Virus record (IMG/VR): IMGVR_UViG_3300033512_000504
Origin: a virus
Strand: one strand, 5' to 3'
DNA length: 63,451 nt
Shown here: positions 58,005 to 63,451 of the stretch, one piece after another
Layout: each line of letters starts with the position of its first letter
Position numbering within the stretch: the stretch's first letter is position 1
The notes under the pieces: generated by a model
Database searches by the model: none
What the model was told of the DNA's origin: nothing
What the model saw: the letters and a program-made list of their open reading frames with translations, nothing else
Program-made: the position numbers and the translations under genes

Positions 58005-58353
58005 ATTAGTTAAATGACATTACCAAACTTGTATTTTCCATTTAGGCAACGTTTTCAAAAATGCAGAATAATCCTCTTTCACTCTATAAACAATTGCAAC
58101 CTCTTCTCCATCAAGACAAGATTCTGTAATAACTATCTTATCTCCATATTTTTCATCCTTAGCCTTCTCAAATTGGTCAACAGATGCCATTTTAACATGC
58201 TTATAGAAAATTCCATTAGCCCACTTGTTCGTTAATTCATCATCTTGCTATTTTAGATATCCAGCCAAAGAAGCATGAGCAGCTCCAACAACAGCATATT
58301 GCGGATCAACGCCAGCTTTAATAATAATCAACATAAATGGCTTCGTATCCATA

Positions 58354-58785
58354 TTAAATACATAAGGTTTGCTTAATATTCTCCAACGCACTTGCTGTTC
58401 TTGCATCTTCGCTCATAAGGTTTTTCAACTTTGCAACAGCATCGTCCAATTTGGTTTTCTTCTGGTTATATTCAATGATATCCTTACGAAGTCGAAAATC
58501 TTCTTCCCATTCATCGCAAGTATATCCGTTCCACTTGAATTTATCATTTGGAATACCTAACTTGGCACATGCTTTTGAATAATAATCCTCCTGCATCATT
58601 AAAAATGCCAACGCCTCTGCCATCTTTCCATATTCCTGAATAGTATTTATATTGAAAAACGTTTCCGCATCTTTCTTGAAAAGACCGTTAGTTACCAAAA
58701 CACTTCTCGGCTTGTTTCCAAGAGAAGTTTTTTGAGCTTCAATCTTTTCCATTAACTCTTTAATCACCATATCATTATTCTGCAT
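58354..58785 (-). CDS. hypothetical coiled-coil protein
   Basis: 143 aa with AGGAGG RBS. Confidence 0.6.
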   Translation of the reverse strand: MQNNDMVIKELMEKIEAQKTSLGNKPRSVLVTNGLFKKDAETFFNINTIQEYGKMAEALAFLMMQEDYYSKACAKLGIPNDKFKWNGYTCDEWEEDFRLRKDIIEYNQKKTKLDDAVAKLKNLMSEDARTASALENIKQTLCI

Positions 58786-59036
58786 ATCAAACCTCCTAAT
58801 AACTTAATTTATACTCCGAACCATTTTTAAAAACAACATACGCATCTTTTATAATTGCATCAATATCTTCTTTTTTGAGATTTTCGTGGTAATACACATT
58901 ACTTGAATTTTCAATATTTGTATATTTAATGACATTTCCATCTAACGATATTCGATCATGCAATATCTCCTTTGTTTAAAGGCATGATTAATTATACAAA
59001 TTTCGGATTGATATTTCAACAATTATATTGAAAAAA

Positions 59037-59112
59037 TGGAGCATCAGATGGGACTCGAACCCACAACAACAACCTCGGCAAGGTCGTACTCTTCCAATTG
59101 AGTTACTGATGC
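59037..59112 (-). tRNA. tRNA-Gly(GCC)
   Basis: CGACC-TTGCCGA-GGTTG, U73, CCA. Confidence 0.9.
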
Positions 59113-59117
59113 AAAAA

Positions 59118-59146
59118 TGGTAGGGGCGGGTGGAGTTGAACCACCT
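59118..59146 (-). pseudogene. 3' tRNA fragment (T arm, acceptor strand, CCA) abutting the HNH gene stop
   Basis: GGTGG-TTCAACT-CCACC-CGCCCCT-ACCA; no 5' half found upstream. Confidence 0.7.
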
Positions 59147-59495
59147 AGTCAGTATTTTTCCAATGCTCTTTACGATGACAATTAGAACATAAAACCGCAC
59201 ATTTGTCAATCTCTTTTTTGATTCTATCCCATCCCCATCCTTTACTAATAACTTTGCTTATGATAACTTCTTTTTTAGATGGATCTTTATGATGAAAATC
59301 CATACATGAAGGATGATTCTCTCCACAACGTTCACATTTTATATTCTTTTTATAATCTGTTAGTTTATCGGACAATACACGGAGACGATTCCTTGTTTTA
59401 GTATATTGTTTATTCTTATTGCTTAGATACCATTTCTTCTGATATTCTCTATTATGTTGTTTCCATTCTGGCGATGTTCTATCTACTGTTGGCAT
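59145..59495 (-). CDS. HNH endonuclease inserted in the tRNA cluster
   Basis: CERCG...MDFHHKDP...KCAVLCSNCHRKEH. Confidence 0.88.
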   Translation of the reverse strand: MPTVDRTSPEWKQHNREYQKKWYLSNKNKQYTKTRNRLRVLSDKLTDYKKNIKCERCGENHPSCMDFHHKDPSKKEVIISKVISKGWGWDRIKKEIDKCAVLCSNCHRKEHWKNTD

Positions 59496-59568
59496 TTATT
59501 TACTCCTTTTTAGATATTTATTCTAAAAGAAGTCTTATAAACCCTTTTTGTTTTTATAATATTAAAAA

Positions 59569-59645
59569 TGGTGGGCGTGACCCGATTTGAACGGATGACT
59601 TCCAACTTATAAGGATGGCGCTCTAACCAACTGAGCTACACGCCC
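59569..59645 (-). tRNA. tRNA-Ile(TAT)
   Basis: CCATC-CTTATAA-GTTGG, A73, CCA. Confidence 0.85.
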
Positions 59646-59886
59646 AAAACGTTTTCAGTGGTTATTTATTAAACGCACACTTAGATCCATGAATTGAAAA
59701 TCTAGCAAAAGAAACTATAAAAGATCAATATTTAAATCGTTAATTGTTAAATCGTTTTCTACTATCTATAAACAATATTTTTAACAGAACATACATCAAT
59801 TGTTAAGTACATTCCGCTTTTTATTCTCAATTATATCCTGCCTATTTCTAGGTCTTAACAGATACAGTCTGGTCTTCAATAAATTT

Positions 59887-59963
59887 TGGAGCGGCATACC
59901 AGATTCGAACTGGTACAGTCAGTTTGGAAGACTGAAATGCTAACCGTTAAACATCAATACCGC
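59887..59963 (-). tRNA. tRNA-Gly(TCC)
   Basis: TCAGT-CTTCCAA-ACTGA, U73, CCA. Confidence 0.9.
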
Positions 59964-59984
59964 TTTAAACTAAAACTCCTTGCT

Positions 59985-60233
59985 TTAAAATACAAACTTC
60001 TTTAACAAATCCATATACTTATACTCTTTCACTAATTCAGTTAATCTTGGGTCTTTCATAGTGTTACGCAATCTACGAACGGATATTTTGAACGAGTCGT
60101 CGCATTCCAGACATTTTATACCAACATCTTCTTTGGTATTGTCTGGCGAAAACCTCTTGGAACCACTACATTCGTGATTCAACGCCTGTCCCAACATTTC
60201 GTATACTGTCAAACATGTATTAACTTTCTTCAT
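59985..60233 (-). CDS. hypothetical protein
   Basis: 82 aa with GAGG RBS. Confidence 0.5.
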   Translation of the reverse strand: MKKVNTCLTVYEMLGQALNHECSGSKRFSPDNTKEDVGIKCLECDDSFKISVRRLRNTMKDPRLTELVKEYKYMDLLKKFVF

Positions 60234-60260
60234 TCTATCCTCTTCTATTCTCTTTAATTA

Positions 60261-60336
60261 TGGTGGAGGCGAGGGGAGTCGAACCCCTGACCTGATGCTT
60301 GCAAAGCACCCGCTCTACCAACTGAGCTACGCCCCC
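60261..60336 (-). tRNA. tRNA-Ala(TGC)
   Basis: G3:U70 pair, GGTGC-TTTGCAA-GCATC, CCA. Confidence 0.93.
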
Positions 60337-60569
60337 ATATTCAAATCTATTTCTTCGTTTTCCTTATCTATCCAATCTGGCAAATTTTTCATCCATTTCA
60401 AAACGTGTCTCAACAACCATCTGTCTCCTTCCCAATCCATCCATAGCTGATATAAACCATCCCAATCCAAACCGTTCTCGTATCTCTGCTCATACTCACT
60501 AGTTATTAAATCAAATTGATGTTTACCATGTTTAAGGACGAAGAAATAAGGATCGAGTTTGTTAGACAT
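60327..60569 (-). CDS. hypothetical protein; stop lies inside the tRNA-Ala 5' end
   Basis: 80 aa ORF. Confidence 0.45.
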   Translation of the reverse strand: MSNKLDPYFFVLKHGKHQFDLITSEYEQRYENGLDWDGLYQLWMDWEGDRWLLRHVLKWMKNLPDWIDKENEEIDLNMGA

Positions 60570-60790
60570 CCATCTTTCGCATTTATATAGTCCTTGCGTT
60601 TGATACTCATAAAATTGTTTCCTTCCTATTTCATTCGGTTCCGCCTTTGTTTTAGAAAAGACAGAACCGTTTATGCTCCCAGCAATTCAAAACACCTCAG
60701 GAAAACCATTTCGTTCTTTACGACATTCGTGTTTTTCCTTTTTTGACTCTTTTTCCTTCCCATTATATCATCTCCTTAAATTTTTACAAT

Positions 60791-60823
60791 AAAAAAGCTC
60801 GCAACATTTAAGTTACGAGCTTT
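60791..60823 (-). terminator. attenuator terminator upstream of the Ala/Gly/Ile tRNA cluster
   Basis: AAAGCTCGTAAC-loop-GTTGCGAGCTTTTTT. Confidence 0.9.
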
Positions 60824-60845
60824 CTTTAAACTGTCTAGTACTGTT

Positions 60846-60920
60846 TTAGACAGAGAAAGCCCGTAGCATGGCTCCTGCGCCTGCTATCGTTATTGCTATC
60901 TCTGTTCCGTTTATATACAT
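60846..60920 (-). CDS. attenuator leader peptide MYINGTEIAITIAGAGAMLRAFSV
   Basis: AAGGA RBS; 4 ATA, 3 GCA, 2 GGA, GGC, GCC control codons; 3' end is the antiterminator strand. Confidence 0.85.
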   Translation of the reverse strand: MYINGTEIAITIAGAGAMLRAFSV

Positions 60921-60985
60921 GACTAATTCCTTTTTATACCTGTTCTTTGCGATTAATACTTTGACCTTTAATTATTTTCAAATAC

Positions 60986-61013
60986 ATTATACATTAATAT
61001 TTTTGAAAATCAA
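60986..61013 (-). promoter_or_regulatory. promoter TTGATT-N16-TATAAT
   Basis: Recurring motif, ~65 nt upstream of the leader ATG. Confidence 0.7.
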
Positions 61014-61021
61014 GATCTTTT

Positions 61022-61327
61022 TTAATCCATAAGATCGGTCATGAAATTTTTCTTTGTCAAATCTTCTTTATTGCGTTGTGACCGATGCTCTAATCTTGCG
61101 ATTTCCTTATCTGTCAATAACCAACAACGTTCATTTTTGCCGTTTTTATCTTCTACCCATAATGCAGTATATTGTCTTGATTCGTTTGAAAACTTTTTAC
61201 GGTCAGCGTTCCAAACTCTGATTAATCTTCCTGCTACAACTTTATCCTTGTCGATTGATGCCTTGTCTACTTTTGCCATTTTATTTTCTCCTTTGTTATA
61301 ATAAACGCAATCCCTTTGGTTTATCAT
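61022..61327 (-). CDS. hypothetical protein (likely start MAKVDK at 61279)
   Basis: AGGAG RBS before the internal ATG. Confidence 0.55.
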   Translation of the reverse strand: MINQRDCVYYNKGENKMAKVDKASIDKDKVVAGRLIRVWNADRKKFSNESRQYTALWVEDKNGKNERCWLLTDKEIARLEHRSQRNKEDLTKKNFMTDLMD

Positions 61328-61763
61328 TGTTAATTTGTTCCGCCTGTCTATCTAGTTCTTCTACTGTAATAACATGCTCATCTACTTCTAGCATTTTTTG
61401 TTCTTCTTCGTCAAACGCTCCCTCTTCTTGTGGTTCTATTTTGGAAAGATCTAACATTCTTATATCAGGTACATTAACTCCGCCACGTTTTATCATCCCT
61501 TTAGATGGACGATCTATATTGACAGTAGAAGCTTTTACTTCTCTACGATGGTCATTTACGGTCTCATAAAAATAAGTTAATTTATTCAACAGATACCAAT
61601 GACCGCCATGCCATTCGTGAAAATCTGCCAAATCACCTTCTGAATCAATTTTGTTACCGAAGAAAAGATATTCTTTTACTCCAGAATGTTCTATTTCAGA
61701 CAAACCTTTCGCTTTATACATTTCTATTTCTTCTTCTGTCTCTGGAATCAATTTAATAATCAT
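61296..61763 (-). CDS. hypothetical protein
   Basis: 155 aa with RBS. Confidence 0.6.
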   Translation of the reverse strand: MIIKLIPETEEEIEMYKAKGLSEIEHSGVKEYLFFGNKIDSEGDLADFHEWHGGHWYLLNKLTYFYETVNDHRREVKASTVNIDRPSKGMIKRGGVNVPDIRMLDLSKIEPQEEGAFDEEEQKMLEVDEHVITVEELDRQAEQINNDKPKGLRLL

Positions 61764-61787
61764 TGTGTACTCCTTTTTTAATCAACA

Positions 61788-62333
61788 TTACAGCGTCGAG
61801 ATTTCTTCCATTACTTTTAAGTTAGTTATTATAGCATCCAAAACAGCTCTCCCATGAAGTCCGTGTTGATAATCATTTAACATTGTGACAAGAATTTCAG
61901 CAGATCCTGACAACGCCAATAAATTCAATCGAGCTTGTTCTATACGGTCTTGTTTATATTTTTGATTTAATTCTTTTTCTTTTAAAGCACGTTCTGCAAT
62001 TCGATGGGCTTCTTCATCACTTCGCAAACGGGATTGTTGAAGCATCTGATAACTTGCTACATAATCTTTTTCAGCCGACCCGCAACAACATTTTCCGCCG
62101 CAACCACCAATATCGTCGCCATTATCACCATTATCACCATTATAACTACCTAATGATTCGTCTGTCACGGCTGTCGTTTGGCTAAATTCCTCAGCCGCCT
62201 GTTCTCTCGTAATTCGTTCAGAACGCCCTAGGATAGAGGTTTGAATTTTTTCCAGAACTCTTGTAACATCAGCCGAAAATACTGGCGGCGTTTCATCAGC
62301 CATTGGGTATTTTTCTTCGTTATTTGTGTCCAT
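61788..62333 (-). CDS. hypothetical protein
   Basis: 181 aa, GCGGKCCCG segment. Confidence 0.55.
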   Translation of the reverse strand: MDTNNEEKYPMADETPPVFSADVTRVLEKIQTSILGRSERITREQAAEEFSQTTAVTDESLGSYNGDNGDNGDDIGGCGGKCCCGSAEKDYVASYQMLQQSRLRSDEEAHRIAERALKEKELNQKYKQDRIEQARLNLLALSGSAEILVTMLNDYQHGLHGRAVLDAIITNLKVMEEISTL

Positions 62334-62335
62334 AA

Positions 62336-63241
62336 TTACTCCAATTTTAATTTCTCTGTCATTATTTGAAAAAATGTTTTTGGTATTGCTTCCATAGAGG
62401 CATTATTAAGATACCATTCATACGCATTCTTTTCAATTTCATCAACATTATACAATTTATCGATAGAATTGATATCTGTTTTTTCATCTATTAAAATGTA
62501 ATGCTTACCTTTTATCAACGGATTATAATAATTAGGCTCATAATCCAACAACAAGGGTTTTCGCATAATCATATAATCTATTTCTCGACGATTTTTGCAA
62601 TCTGTCAGTTTTGTAGATCGACCACGTAAAACTATACCATATTTACTTGTTTCCATCTTTTTAAGATAATCTTCATCGCTAAGAGGTCTTCCACTACGAA
62701 ACGCCTGATCACTATCTATACATTCAATACCTTGCTGTGGTAACGCTTTGATCATCCCATGACGACACTTCCATGGCTTTCCGCAAAAGAATCCAAGTTG
62801 CTTTATTTCAAATTGCTCTGGCTTAACGTAATTAAACATCAACCTACTAGGAAAAAATGTCCATGGAACAAATTTATTCCAGTAAATTTTTTTATCTTCA
62901 ACGCTTACTGGCTTCATAATACCTTTTCGATTGCAATAATTATTATATGTATTGAAATCGCACGGACTATGTTGAACTTTAATTATCAAATCAAAATTGG
63001 AATTATAAATCTCCATTGAGTGAGATGGAGTTGGATATTCCCATAAATCCAAATAGACCTTTTTATCATTGCAATATATAATTGTTGCTCGATCCCCTCG
63101 CATTGTTGAAATAGATTCTGTATGATGAGATATTTCAAAAATGTCGCTATTAGCCAACCCTCCCAATAAATCTCGCATGCCCAATGTAGATCCCGTACTT
63201 CTTAATGTATTGGAATTTAATTTTAATTTAAGTTTTTCCAT
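62336..63241 (-). CDS. glycosyltransferase-like protein (GT-B C-terminal domain)
   Basis: FFCGK, YLKKMETSKYGI...NRREID, GKHYI, IEKNAYEWY. Confidence 0.6.
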   Translation of the reverse strand: MEKLKLKLNSNTLRSTGSTLGMRDLLGGLANSDIFEISHHTESISTMRGDRATIIYCNDKKVYLDLWEYPTPSHSMEIYNSNFDLIIKVQHSPCDFNTYNNYCNRKGIMKPVSVEDKKIYWNKFVPWTFFPSRLMFNYVKPEQFEIKQLGFFCGKPWKCRHGMIKALPQQGIECIDSDQAFRSGRPLSDEDYLKKMETSKYGIVLRGRSTKLTDCKNRREIDYMIMRKPLLLDYEPNYYNPLIKGKHYILIDEKTDINSIDKLYNVDEIEKNAYEWYLNNASMEAIPKTFFQIMTEKLKLE

Positions 63242-63451
63242 ACTATGCCTTAATTACCATCATCGGGAATTGTTATGTTTATAGGTGGGTTGTTTGAAGG
63301 GTTGTTTGAAGATCCGCTCATTACAGCTCCACAAGGTAAACCTCTTATTATTCTTCTGGATTCAATAGATGGCTGTTCCACTTTAACTATTTTCTTTTCT
63401 ATTGGTTTTATTACCTCAGCCGCTGTAATACTAACTGGTATATTTTTTGTT

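Noticed and set aside
1-63451. Alternative genetic code (stop-codon reassignment)
   Set aside because: Conserved genes are full length under code 11 and no suppressor tRNA was seen.
1-63451. Ordinary bacterial chromosome segment
   Set aside because: Highly divergent replication genes mixed with tail-tube-like, gp32-like and homing endonuclease genes, and no ribosomal or cell-core operons. A megaplasmid or unusual cellular origin cannot be fully excluded.

Overview
AT-rich, gene-dense window transcribed almost entirely on the minus strand. It is most consistent with a jumbo ('huge') bacteriophage genome: tail-tube-like gene, gp32-like SSB, many short hypotheticals, homing endonucleases, tRNA clusters and no ribosomal or cell-core operons. 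The left two-thirds is a replication/recombination block (HolA, DnaN, DnaX, TopA, SbcCD, primase, RecA, SSB, two sigma factors) with a DnaE fractured by a split intein and an intervening endonuclease, plus auxiliary metabolic genes (CoaD/CoaE, TyrA, Tmk). The right third is a tRNA and RNA-repair island. Best finding: each of the two tRNA clusters is preceded by a classical ribosome-coupled attenuator (promoter, 24-27 codon leader ORF, antiterminator, intrinsic terminator). The control codons of each leader match the tRNAs downstream: a Lys/Thr/Val leader precedes tRNA-Lys/Val/Thr, and an Ile(ATA)/Ala/Gly leader precedes tRNA-Ala/Gly/Ile(UAU). This suggests tRNA supply on demand. Between the clusters lie a Ro60/TROVE-like vWA gene in an operon with ubiquitin-like components (Ubl, JAB, Cys protein, nearby E1) and an array of tRNA-mimicking, Y-RNA-like ncRNAs. 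Thg1, Tpt1 and a HAD phosphatase are nearby. Three IS200/IS605-family elements are present. All protein calls come from motif recognition by eye; no searches or folding programs were run.
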